From assembly GCA_964234715.1 (NCBI GenBank), contig OZ174281.1: 64,000 nucleotides of DNA. One strand, written 5' to 3'. Under the pieces are notes generated by a model that did not search any database, was not told the DNA's origin, and was given only the letters and a program-made list of their open reading frames with translations. How positions within the stretch are numbered: position 1 is the stretch's first letter; each line of letters opens with the position of its first letter. A program made the position numbers and the translations under genes. Below are positions 1 to 13,007 of this stretch, piece after piece. Origin of the DNA: Podarcis melisellensis (lineage: Eukaryota).

Positions 1-329
1 TATCGAGGAAGGGGGGGCACCTCGATACCTTTTTTTGGGTATTTTTCTTTTTTTAAAAAAAAATCGAACATGTAAATTTTAGGTATTTAAAATATTTTTT
101 TTAAAAAAAAAACAAGTTATACTGACGACCGGATACAATTCCAGTGGCTATCGGCAATTTTTACCCCTTTCGTTTTGCCTTTTGCGAGCGTTTTGTTTGG
201 TTACCTTTTTATGTAATTTTTTTTTTTGAGTGGGGGGATTCCAGGAAAGGGGGGGGGAGGTTTGTCTGTTGGAGGTTTGAGAGGGGGGTGTTGTTGAGAT
301 TTAAAGCTTGGAAAGTTTTCGGTGCAGCT

Positions 330-1100
330 GCTTGAGCGAAGCCCCGAGCCCCCCAGCCCGCCGCCACGGAAGAGAGGGAGGGAGAAACAGAGAGAGCTAG
401 CGGAGGAGAGAAAGTCTTCCGAGGGTCTCCCATCGGTTATAAGGAAGTGTAGTTTTCTTAGAGGGCTGACATTGAAACAACTTCAGCTGTTTACTTTTAG
501 GATGTCTCGCCGCAAGCAAGCTAAACCAAGAGCACTCAAAGGTAAGTACTGACCCCCTTCCCCCCTCCCTCTCTCTCTCTCCCCCCCCCGCCCCATTTCC
601 CTGAAATGCCACCGTTTGTAGCTCTTAAGAGCCAGGCTGTGCTGCTGCTGCGAAGTCTAGCTTGTGTTTGCGTGTGTCTGTGCGAGACTTTGACTGACTG
701 GCTCGGAGTGGAACTGAGATTCCCCTTAATTTTATCGTTCCTGATCCAGAGTGAACCAAAGAATTGCGAAAGGGGGGGGGCGGGCGGAGCGCGCGCACAC
801 ACACACACGCTCGCGCACACATAAATATTCAGGCAAGAGTCGTGAGCTGGGAAGGAAGGAAGGGGGCACTTTAAAAAAAAAAAAGCAAAACTCTCTTTAA
901 CGCGGTCCCCGCACTTCTCTCCTTGAAATCGTAGTGGGAAAGTTTTTAAAAAAACAAAACACCACAATGCACGTTAAATGCTTGTAAGCTTTTCCCCGTT
1001 TCCTCCTCTCTTTCCAAGTGCTGCATGGATTTTCCACTTCTTCCCCCCCCCTCGCCCCCGCAGAGCTTCTGAAACTCCTGGAAGAAGGTGGCTTTTTTGT
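330..1100 (+). promoter_or_regulatory. GC/CpG-enriched promoter-proximal region around the ZNF521 start exon
   Basis: Local CpG enrichment (gccccgagcc, cccgccgccacgg, gcgggcggagcgcgcgc, cgcggtccccgc) against a CpG-depleted, AT-rich background. Confidence 0.55.
502..541 (+). CDS. ZNF521: ZNF521 first coding exon (exon 501-541; ATG at 502), MSRRKQAKPRALK plus phase-1 G; NuRD-interaction motif
   Basis: Acceptor ttacttttAG ends at 500 and donor G|GTAAGT starts at 542, giving 40 coding nt. The peptide matches the MSRRKQxKP motif of ZNF521/ZNF423/FOG1/SALL/BCL11 and splices in frame to 32993. Confidence 0.95.
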
Positions 1101-4100
1101 TTTGTTAAAAGAAGGCATGCCCCCAAAGTGAAACTCCTCAGCATCTTATGGGGCCGGGAGTCCTCCTTTGGGTTCTGTCCCATGAACAAGCAAACAATAT
1201 ACGCTGCATGTGAGTGTGTGCGTGTTTCTGTTGATACCATAGGAGTTGCTCATATAACTTCTTGCAAGCTTAAGAGATGGGTGGCGGGTGGGGTGGGGGT
1301 GGGGAGTCCAGTTTGTGTTTGTCCCAGCTGGAGAAGGAAGTTTTTTTAAACGGGGAGGGGGGGAAGTGGGTGGGATTTGCTGGAATGTGGTGGTGGAGTA
1401 GAGGAAGGGAAACAGAATGGAAGTTCTTATTGATCCGGAGGCTGGAGTTCCTGGAGCTGGAGCTGTGTGCTGGAATGTGGGAGGGGGTGGGGGTGATGGT
1501 GGAGCAGATCACGTGAAACCTCCCCCCTCCACTTTTTTTTGGGGGGAGGGAGGGCTTAGAAGATGGGTGGGGGTGGAATTGATATTTGAGAACTAGAGTT
1601 GAGGGGTGCTGAGGGGAGGGGAGCCTATGAAGAAAAGGGGGGGGGATGCGCAGGAGCCTCAAGTAATATACACACAGGAATCAGCCCTGAGGAGGAAAGA
1701 GCAAAGGCCCAGAAGTGAGGACAAAGGGCGGCTTGTGAGAATGTGGCTGGGCCACAGGAATGTCCTGGGGAGATTTGGTCTGTGCTGCCTCCCTCTTTCA
1801 GCCCAGTGGTCTTGACATGCTGGCCTCCCTCAGTCATCCTTCTCCGCCCCATCTAGGACGCTGTCACTCGTCCCTCAGATTGGTGCTGCCAGCAGGATTC
1901 CCTTCCCCAAAAATCTGTTGTAAATACTCATATCTTTCTTTCCTTCCTTGCCCCCCCACCTCATTTCGTTCTCGCACCGCTACTGTTGCTAGCATCCCCA
2001 TCCAATTCACGTAGACCTTCTCAGTCATATTGACAGTTGACCTATACTATCATAACAGGACTTGCCCTTCCACAGCCCCCACCCATCACTAAATTTCTTC
2101 CACCCCAGCAACTGTAGGTGGAAATCCAACACAGCTCCTTGTAGTTTTTGTGTGTGCCCTTTTGCTGTGAAGAGAAAGGCTACTACTCAATCTCTCTGCT
2201 ACTGGAGATAATAAAATACAAAAGGTTGACAAAAGAGCTAGAGTTTCTGTCCTGTCCTAGGCTGGAAGATGTGAGGACACAGGTGATGGCTTACGTGTCA
2301 TATTAGGGCATAGGGGTGTGTGTGAAGACAGTATCTGAAGTTTTGGAAAGTTGGCCTGTAAACATGGCTGGAATGAGTTTGGGATGTGACTGAATTAATA
2401 GGTGACTTACATAAAAGTACTAGGCCTGATTTTGTATGGTAAACCAGGTTTTGCTAGGTTGAAGTCAGTGAAACACATTGGTTCTGAGGGGGCAGTAAGG
2501 TCAGCCTGTCTACATATACAGGCCAGGACAATAGTGATTTGTTTGGCTGGTATAAAAACTCATTCCAAAAGTTTACCTCTCGGAGACCTGATCCAAAGCT
2601 TAAAGCAGCATGCACCCTCCTATTCACTCCAATTCTCCACATCTCCCTAGCAGTGTATATTAAACTTGCTCCCTCACATTTGATTTTGACCCATACATAA
2701 TTTTCGGTTGACTGAAGTTTATACAGTTCATTGATGCTTTAGTCTGACAGCTTGTAAGGAATGAATTTGATGTTCTTCAGCTATCTTTTAAAATGACTTC
2801 ACAATGAGAGTTCTGTTGATTGTGCATATGTTTATTTCCTGATAGCTTCCCTAAAGAGGATTAATTTACATGCAAGCAAGTTTTTATGGCCAATAAATAA
2901 AGTCATCAATTGGTTAAATTTATGGGGAGATGTAGAAAAGAAATTGAGTTGAAAAAAGCCCCTCATTATTATACTTGTGAATCTTTGAGAACTGGCTGAG
3001 CATGCAAAGTTAACCGATAAATGATGCACAGTTGTATTTAACGCCAAAATAGTGTGTATAACTTTTTAAAAAATCTCCTCGTGGAAACAAAACACTTATT
3101 TTCCTAAAGGCTTTTTGGTAAAGAAAATTATTAATTAAAATAAAGATGTAGCTTCAGTTTTCTGTGTGCTCATATAAAATATAGTCTTTGGTCTGTATCA
3201 ACAGCCTATGAGCAGAGAGAAGTATCCCAATGTCATTGACAGTAAGTATTGACCGAAACAAGCAGTGGCTTATTTAAATGCATAGGTTACACATTCCTAT
3301 ACATTATTCTACTCATTATCCCCTTTAATCATAATGCATGCTAATGTCATCTGAAGTATCATGGTTGATGCAATATTTAGATTGTTGCTACATAGATTAA
3401 TATTCTTTTCCATTCAGCTGAAAAAAATTTCTTTGTTATTGTCCATTTTTGAGCTGGCTGGCCTTATTCAAAGGAAAATATGACTTTGGAGTACTGAGGC
3501 AGTTGAGAGCTTAAGTATTTTGCTTTCAGCACTTTTTTTTAAAAAACAAATCACATGCATCTTTCTTTTCAATTAGGAAGATGCAGATTTGAGCTGAATC
3601 ATAAATATTTGGTACAGTTTAATATGGTTAGTGTGGTACTAATTTAGAGCCCAATCTGCTAGCCATGTCTACTCAGGAGTAAGTTCTATTTCTTTTAATG
3701 GGACTTCCAATTAATTGTGCTTATGTTCCTAGCCTTACATCACAAGGTTAACGAAGTCTGCTCAGAAGTAAGTTAATTCAGTGGGGTTTATACCAGGAAA
3801 GTTGGATTAGTATTGCAGCCTAAAATCGTTTTCTTACTGTAAAATGAATAATGGCCAAATCATTTAGAAATAAACAAGAACTATAGCTCAAAATGCAGTT
3901 ACAAACTTTTCAGAGGCAAATCAGTCATGTGAGATACATTGTTAAAGCTACCATAATCAATGAGTGTTGACAGTGAATCAACAAAAACTATTAAGTAAAC
4001 ATTAATAGTGCCAAAAAAGTGTTAGGATAGGGGTGGTAATCTGTAGTCTACAAATTAAATTTGGATCAGTGTCTGGCTTAAGTAAAATTATCATGAAATA

Positions 4101-7100
4101 AAGGTCCTGAGGCTCCAGTCTATTTGTTTGATGGAAGGGGGAAAAGAGACTTTTTTGTACTATTGACACTTCTGTTAGCCTGATTTGAAACTTGCATTCC
4201 AGGGTAGTAGTGACATTAGGCAGGTATATTATCAAAATGGCAATTTGGTTTGGAATATTACTAAGAGTAAGTAAATTACAGTCAAGCTATGGATTTTACA
4301 AACTTCATGTTCTTGCTCTTTGTAAAATGTATTTATTTAAAATAAACCTGTTTTTCATCACGATTATTGGCTGGGGAGAATGGCGAGTGGGGCGGGATAT
4401 GGTGGCTGTTGAACTTGTGTTTAATTATTTTAATAGCACCATTTAGCAGAATTCTATACAAGCGTAATGTGTTGTGTGTGGCTTGTTGTGAAAATCTCTG
4501 AGAAGTATAACTGTACACCGTGGCTACCATTTCCCAATGAAAAACTTAAAAGTTATGCAAATGAATTGTGAAGGAATGTATTCAAGTGTATCTATATGTT
4601 GGGGTGAGAGCATTATTTATTCACTAATGCTTTAAAGCATTATATATTTTTTGGAATTTAAAAGCCAGAACCTACAGGTTGCTTTAGACATGAGATTTGA
4701 CAACCTTGACCTGTGCTTTTTCTCCATTCCCTCCCCCTTCCCCACCCTCCTAGTCATATATCCCATTTCTTCTGGGAGCTCTTGACTATACAGTTCTTAC
4801 CTGAAGAAAACCTAGCATTAAATATTGTTGTCCAAATGTCGTATCCTTCCTGCCACTTTCATACTTGGTAACCAAAGGTCAAGATAGGCCTTTCTGCATG
4901 TATGAAATTCTTCCTAGGATTTCCTAAGCAATGGAGGCAAGGAAGAAAGAATACTTCCAAGTGCTTAATGTCACCATTGGAAAGGATTACCTTTCCTATA
5001 ATTCAGTGGCCTGTGTTACCGACCTATTTTTCTTGTTTGCTTTTTTCTTGTCTCTCTTGAAATTACACATTTTTAAAATTATATGTCCACTTATACATCC
5101 AAATTGATCCTCCTTGCTGGTTGGGGGAAAGATACCCAAAATTGTACATGCATTCTAAAACGTACTTCTTTTGAAAGTAAATTCCATTGAGTACGATAGA
5201 ACTTTTAAAGCAAGTATCATTTCCAAATAAGTATGTTTAGGATAGAGATGTAAATATGTTTATACACTGCCATCATTTCTGAACCAAAATAAGGTTCTGT
5301 TTATTACACCAGTTACTTGTGGAGGGATAACCACTGGAAATTGTAGATGTAAAATTAGCCATAACGAGGATATTGATATGATTTGAGACTTAAGTGTTTC
5401 TATTACTTAAACATTTCCCCTAGTGCAGTATGTGTTTCATTGTACTGTTATGCAGACACAGTTTCATAAGGCTTTATTAATTTTATGTTTCTTGATGAAG
5501 GACACAGTGTATTTTACTCCATGTACTACATTTAATATGCCTAAAGCATGCATTTATTTAGAAATATTGAAAATACTACGTAGTAAGGCCCTGAATTGTA
5601 CTGTTTGAGAAAATTCAGCCATATTTTTACTTCTGAATTGTTGGAAATGTTGAAAAACATATTTTCTATTTCCAATTATATATTTAGACATATTGTTTCA
5701 TTCTTACACATTCTGGAGAGCCAAAATAGATTTTGCATAGAAAAGCGCAGAATTGAGAACTCTAATTTAGGAATAGTAACTCAGAAGGGAGATTGACATT
5801 CAAAGAATAGACCATACTGACTAGATATTAAAAGACATTAGATTACTTGACTCATAATATAATCTGAGGAATTCCATATAGACAAAAATAGTAATTACTG
5901 TTGGTACTATCCCTGAAACCTGCCCACCCCCACTCTCATACTGTTGTTCTAAATGACTTTATCTGAAATGACCAATTTCTGAGCACTATAGCATTATATT
6001 CTTAAAAGGGAGGGGACAAAAATTCATAAAATTCCAATTGGCCTGTAAACCAAAAACATCTGTGCTGAAGCAGATTGCTGCTTTTTTGTGTGTCTAGCCA
6101 AAATTGGGCAAAATTGAGAATAGTCAACATGAAAGCGTACAGACACATGTACAAAGCAAAATTACATATTAGAACTGTCTTACAATATTCTTTAAATTCA
6201 GGCAACTATCTATATAGTAGTTCCCTTTTCGTGTGCTATCGGTTTACACTCTTTCTTTGTTGATGTATCACAACACACATGTTAATCTGCCCTGTCACTA
6301 TTGATGATTTGTAGCAATCTGAAATTATTAGATTTACTACAGGTATTCCAGACCTCAGTGGTGCACAGAGCATTGTTGCTGCAGCAACTGCCTTTGGCTT
6401 ATAGGGAAAGTGGGGTAGCATGTTCTGCATGTTCCCCGCAGGCCTGTTCAAATGCTTCCTGTGATATATAACTTTCAACTTTTTCAGAGCACAGGTCCAC
6501 CTTTAACTCAAGCATGCATTTGGGATCAGCTTGTTAATTATTATTCTTTACCATAGATATGTATGGTTGTAGTGCTGCAAGTGTAATTCACCTGAGGTTA
6601 GGCTGCAACATGGTCATAGGTCCCCATCTGCCCAGCTGAAGACAAATGATATATTAAGGATGCCAACATAACACTCATCATAACTAAAAATGTTTAAATT
6701 GTTAATATTTTGGCTGAATATTTTGCCCTACCAGCCTCAGTTCCACTTGTATGATAGCCGTTGTTCATGGGACCACACTGCCGGATTTGGTGATTGTGTT
6801 GGTTACTAGTATAATAGCTCTGTACCAGCATAGCTACATGGGTTGCCTTCTTCAGCCATCTCACGGTGCAAGTTTTAACACAGCAAGTTGTGGCATTGCA
6901 TTGTGACTGTATTGAGTATTGCTGTAGCAGTGTAGTGACCCACATTACTGACAACCCTTTATTTATGTCTGGAAGGAAGTATGAGAATCTTGTCCACAAA
7001 TTGCTATCTCTCGTATCAGTACAGCAGGAATTAGAACTTCATGAAAATGGTTGAAGAACAATATATATTTTCCAGTGTTATGAGCTGAGCCTTCTTTTTC

Positions 7101-8767
7101 ATTGGGCCATACAGGCATCTTACAATTAAGAGATTTCGTAACTGCCCCCTGAATTGTTGCTGAATTTGTCTGTACTGTGATACGTCTAATATGTAAAGAT
7201 AACATTTGCAATGTTGATCCAGGATTTCTTGAATGGCTTTGTGCTTCCCCTTAATTCTTGGGCTGTAAGCTGCAAGTCTTTACAGCTTAATAACATCAGT
7301 TCCTCTGTTACAAACTCTGTGCTGTAATGTAGAAATTCAAAGAATAATACTTGACTCCAAAAGTTAGCTTGTTAGTGCTGTCAGTATTAATGTGGCAATA
7401 AATGTAAATGGGAAAACTAAGATGATTTTTGGGTTCCGTTATACTTTGTGACTTGAGTGATTTTCAGTGTAAATAGCATTATATTGGAATGTTATTTTTA
7501 AACTGCAAATGCAGTTTAAATCTCAGCATGATGTATTTCCCCATATGTATTTTGATTTTTTTGTTGTCCCCTGTTGTTTTGTCAAAGGTCAGGATTGGTC
7601 CCATTGGGAGGAAAATGTGGTCTTGTGTTTCATTTTTTTGCCTTGGGGTCTACATGCAGCTTAGCAAGAATTATGTATGCCTTATTTGTTCATGTTTTCC
7701 TCTGGTTGTGTGCATGTCTGGCGTTTAAATGTACTTAGCAATACTGTCGCTACAAAAAACCTGAAATTCAGGGACTGCAGATTCTTTTAGTTTATCTCCT
7801 TAACATAATCAAATGGTGAAGGAAAGTTTTAGGAGACCAATGAGAAAGTTTGACAGAAGATGTGAATCTTAGAAAATTGAGAACAGTTGTAAACTTAAAA
7901 ACTAAAACACCTCCCTCTAATTTAGGCAGGTCGGGCTCTTAGCATGCATCACAGTTCACCTCAAGTATTAGTAATTATGCTAGTTTAGTAATTATTGGAG
8001 ATGAAAGAAACTCTGTAAGATGTGAATCCTTCTAAACTTCAGTAGCTTTACTTTGAGCCGGAATAATGATCAAGCAGTAGTTAGCTATATGCCTGGGGAT
8101 TATGTTGAAGCAAAAAGGGGGGGGGAGGAAGAAGACTTGAGCTAAACTTCGAGTATCTTTATTACTATACTTCATAGTTTGCATTTCCATTTAGTATTCC
8201 TGCTTTCCAGAGAGAGGACAGAAACTCCATGTTTTGCTCTTATGCTTTGGTATAACAAACAAGGCAAGGCATTTTAGACTGATAACATAAAATTTAAACT
8301 GTACCACCCTCAGTATTAAATGATGGACACTTGGGTACCCCAAAATCTGTGACCCGAGGCAGGCTGCATCTCCTTGGCTGCTGGTGGTGGTGGGGGGAAC
8401 TATTTGGGATGTCTGCTGAGGCACTCACACACTTGGAGCGCAAAAGGGCATTGAAAAGCCTATTTCTTCATTGTGATAGAAGATGGGATTATTCTAACTG
8501 AAATGTAGGCATTATTTTATTTAAATTATTATTATTTGCTGGCATTTGTTTGGCATGCCGTGCAAACAAAGTATCAAAGCAAAACAGCAAGATAAAATAC
8601 AAATGAGTAAAATAAATTGAGGCAAAATAAAAAAGGAGAAACACAACATACAAACAAACATTTCCTGAAGAGCTCATCCAACGATACAGTAAAAAGAACA
8701 AAACCTAACCCATACCACAGCAGAGGCTAATGATCGCAAAATCTTAAAACTTGAAAAAATACTAAAA

Positions 8768-8955
8768 GCACATAGGAAGCAGTCTTTATATCTGGATGGA
8801 CTGTTGTTCATCTAGGTCGGTATTGACTCCTGACAGTCAACAGTTCAACAGGCAGAGGTCTTTCATATCAGCTCCTATCTGGTTATTTTAAAAGGAGATA
8901 CAGGGGGTTGAAACCCGCAAAGCATGTACAGTACTGTTATCACAGAGCTGTCCCT
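8768..8955 (-). mobile_element. Degenerate squamate tRNA-derived SINE with CR1-type 3' tail
   Basis: Colinear with the copies at 34457, 37733 and 44225 (cataggaagc...catctagg...tattg...ggggttgaa...cacagagctg). Confidence 0.5.
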
Positions 8956-11117
8956 TGCAAATAAATATGTTATCCTTGTACAGTACTTCTAGGTGTTCCC
9001 TTTCCCTTTGAAGAAGGCATTTAATCCAATGAGCTGCTATTCCTCCCCCCACCTTGAGCATTTGTGTGTGTGTGTGTGTGTTATTTTTAAAAGTGAAGAA
9101 GTGCTGTGGTTTGGAAAACGCATACTTTAGAGTGTGCACAACATATGCAACTACTTTTACCACACTTACTTTAAGTATTTCAATATGGACAATTACCCAC
9201 TTTTCAAACCTTACATTGCTAACTTTAATGGAGGGTGGTAGAGTTGGTTGACTTTGCTGGCAAATGAATAACAGTTCTGTTGCTGGCATAGTCCAGATTT
9301 TAAATAGTGTTTCATTTTAAGTGAATGTAGTTTTTCAGTAGTATTACCTAGACTTATCATCCTTACTACATATATAAACTTTATTCTGATTTTCCCAATA
9401 TCGGCAGTCTTCAATACACTTCATTTGGGACATAGCAGGAGCCTGCTTTTCTAGGGCACAACAAATGGATAAGAATTCTCTGAAGCAGGTGTATTAAAAG
9501 CTCCAGAAAAGCCATTTTAATAAGAATGTCAGCATTGCCACCTAATTTGGATGCTCTCATCCTTAAAACTTACATGTCGTCTTAAGTTGTAGAATGTGAT
9601 TTAGTAGCATAATTATCAGTACAGAATTTGAGTGTCACAACAATTTGGGTGGTAGTACAGGATTCTCCCAGACCCCAACTGAGCTCTCTTAATTTATTTA
9701 TTTTCCAGTTTAGAATTATATCTATTGGCTATTCATATCCCTGATGATTTTGCAAATTCTACCCCCCTAAATCTCCTAACGCAGAGCATTTATGTTCTTT
9801 AACATTAAAGTTTCTGCACCTCTGCTTTACCACATGCCAACACTGATGCTAAGTGGGTGGGGAATGCCCTGGTTGTTCATAGGTTAGGTGAATTTACCTG
9901 TGTCCGTGTTTGTATTATAAATATTGTATGTGGCAACGTGTTGCTGAAAAGACCTTTCACTCTGCAACAGTTACTTCTATTTTATTTTATTTCTAAAACT
10001 GGTCTGTACAAGAATGTTACTTGAACATCCCTTATGCCTTTAGATACATTTTCCAGCTGTAGCCTTTTTATATCTCCTCATTCCTAGATGTCTGTCTCAG
10101 TGACACCCTCTGCCCGCCCAGCCAGGACGTCAGGTCATTCAAATCAGATATGCGCTCCATGTTCCCTCTAAAGATTCTTTTGCACTCTTATGATCAGGGC
10201 CCTAAAAATGGGCTAGCTGATCACTGTACGGTTGAGCAATAAGCTTTGCAGCAATTAGGTAGCATGCATGACTCCTTTGCAAGATATTGGCCACATTTGC
10301 ATGGAATGCTAAGATAAACCAGGTTTGTTCTTGGCTACAGTTTGTGGTTAAGAAGGAAAGAGCTTAATCACAAGCCTGGGTTCAGATGACACAGTAAGCC
10401 AGACCTTTGTTTTGCTACTGTGCTGCCTCAGCTAATAGAACCAGGCAGGGGCAAAGTGGGTGTGCATTTCTCTCTGGGAGCCATTGTCAATGCTTTATTT
10501 TTAAAACATTTATTAGCAGACGGTATATTTGTATTTTGTTTATTCTTCACATTACCAAGTATTTATTATTACTGACACCTGCTATTATTTGCATATTGTA
10601 TTTTAGTGGGTTTTTATTTTATTTTATTGGCCTTTAGGAGGTGCTCTTATTGGAGATTTTTCAGTGAACATTCCTTCCTTTTGTCTTTGTTACTTTGCCC
10701 AGGATCTGAAACATGCTTTGTTAACAACACCTGTCTAAGGAACGGGATAATTTGGTGTCAGAGCGACTGAAATTTGTCAACAGTGTCTCTAACTTGTAGT
10801 GTCACTCCTTAATCTTTTTTATGGTTTCTACTGTGATAATAATCATCTTCTGTTTTTGTATTTCACATTGCATTCTGACCGCACCTGTTCAAGGACACCA
10901 TGATTTAAAAATGCTCCTAACTGTAACTCGTTTTATTTTGTTGGGGTAGGACTGTCATTTTTGTTTTAATGAGTGGAAGATTAGGTATATATATAGATTG
11001 AGTTAAGTGATCAGTACGAAAAAAAATATATGCATTCGGGTTTAAAGGGGAGAGGATACTGCTTAAATGAGATTGTAGACTAAAGTATGAATGTGAATAG
11101 TAAGAGGAAGTAAAATA

Positions 11118-11221
11118 CAGGAATACCTCAGAGATACTGAGGGTTCGGTTCGACAATAAAGAAACTTACAATTCCCCCCCCTCGCCAAGGCATATAAAAG
11201 TTATGTTTACACTATACTGTA
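11118..11221 (-). mobile_element. Tigger1-like (pogo) DNA transposon terminal fragment
   Basis: TA followed by CAGGAATACCTCAGAGATACTGAGGGTTCGGTTC, and GCATATAAAAGTTATGTTTACACTATACTGTA (11190-11221), match my recall of the reverse-complemented Tigger1 3' end. Confidence 0.7.
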
Positions 11222-11418
11222 TTACGTAAGAGTGCCCATGACTGCTTACCTTTTGTTGTACCTCCTGTTTGGGGGGAAAGCTGAAGATGTGAAGCAGGAA
11301 GGGGTTTTGAGTTGGAAGAGGGCCAGTGAGGAAGGGGGTTAAAACCATTCCTCCATTCTCATTTCTCCAAATGCAGTGTAGCCCTCTAAGCTTGCTTTCA
11401 CGTATAACCCTTATGCTT

Positions 11419-11523
11419 TTGTAGTCAGCTAGGTTTTACTCAGAGTAGACCTATTGAAAGTTAACGGCCATAACTGAGTCATGTTCATTAATTGCAGCAG
11501 AATTTCTGTAAGTAATAATACCA
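11419..11523. repeat. Palindromic MITE-like squamate repeat, degenerate
   Basis: ttttactcagagtagacctattgaaa...gtcatgttcattaattgca; same family as 28137-28256. Confidence 0.5.
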
Positions 11524-11689
11524 CTCATAGTTTGCCCTATAAAACAGGATGCTTTATATGTATTTTCTCTGATTTAGGTACCACTAATTATAATTTATTT
11601 GTCAGTGTCAGGAGAGGAACATCTATGAATCAATAAAATTGCCCTTACTTTTAGCTTGTCAGTTGGAGGTGATCAGGGCACCAAATGCT

Positions 11690-11845
11690 GTAAGAACAGA
11701 AGAACCTTGCTAGATCAGGCCAAAGCCCATTTAGTCCACTATCCTTTTCTCACAGTGGCCAGCCACATGCCTGTGGGACGCCCACAAGCAGCCTTGAACT
11801 GCAACAATACTCCCCCCAGCTGTGATTCCCAGCAGCTGATCACCA
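11690..11845 (-). mobile_element. CR1 LINE 3' end fragment
   Basis: taagaacagaagaaccttgctagatcaggccaaagcccatttagtcca resembles a reverse-strand reptile CR1 3' UTR; related to 60308-60550. Confidence 0.6.
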
Positions 11846-13007
11846 TCCCATAGTCATGCTGTACCTCTATAGTCTCATTTTTAAAGCAGTTTTATTTTTA
11901 ACTTATTTCCTAATGATTCCTATAATGGAATTTAGCTTATCCGCAGTCGTCAGATCTTGGCTTCAACATTTTTTGGTTAAGCTGCCTACCACTACCCCAA
12001 GATTTCTTACCTGGTTGGTTGTGTGCAATGTGTTCTGTATACAGAGACTGAATGTGAATACCTTAGAACAGCCAACAGGTCTGATTAGGTCCTTCAGACC
12101 ATTTTGGCCAAACCATGCCCACCTGCTCTGCACCTGACATCATATATGATATCAAGAGTGGGTCAGGAAAAGTTGAGGCTTGGCCAAAGGGAAGTGAAAC
12201 GTTTGGAAAAGCGGGTCAAAACCCCAACTATATTCATTCAAACCCCATCTATCAGTGGATTGCGAAGATTCCAAAGCACATCACAGACTCCTTGTAACTG
12301 AAAACCAGCTGATAGGGACTTACAAGGGAGCCTCTTTGAAGGTAGGTTCCCAGTGCCAATGAGCTGATTGATGCTGGAACTACATCTTACAATGAGATTG
12401 CAACCTCCTTTGCACTTTGAGACAAGTGCCAGTCAGCTGACATCAATAAGATGTCCCATGGTTGAACAATGGGTGGGTCTTGCTCATCTGCCAAAGTTGG
12501 CCTGTGGATGGGTGTGGAGAATAGGGAACTGGCCCACTGGCTTGATCCAGTTCCCCATCTCTACACAGGGCTATGATGAGAGAGCAAATGAAGTACATAC
12601 ATGTGGAAATAAAGCTTAGGATCTTTAAACATAAATTCTGCTTTTTGCAGGGATCAGCTGCCCAGTTGCTCAGCCTATTCAGGTATAGTTAGCTGCAAGG
12701 GGCCAGAAAACTTTACTTCCACAAACTTCCTTAGGTCAACTTAGCCTAAGACCCAAGCCAACATGCCTAGAGCGCACTGTTCTCAGGTTGCTGCAGTAAT
12801 GCCTACGGTTTTATCAAGCCACATTTCCAACCATGAGTCCTGCTGGCATTTGCTGATGCAAGTTTAGAGTCCTTGATTCACCCATAACTACATTGGCCAT
12901 TGAAAGCTCACAAGTTTGCCACTCCTTTCTTAACTTACTAGAATCTGATTGCGGTAGAATGTAAATGGGTAAAGGAAGAGCCATATATACAGTTATATAT
13001 ACATATA

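Noticed and set aside
322-501. In-frame N-terminal extension of ZNF521 (ORF 322..552)
   Set aside because: The start is non-ATG and runs across a good acceptor at 499-500. The NuRD motif is normally at the extreme N-terminus.
10300-10420. AAACCA(T/G)GGTT-type repeat remnants (also about 21590 and 26390-26560)
   Set aside because: Probably old DNA-transposon remnants, but boundaries and family cannot be supported by eye.
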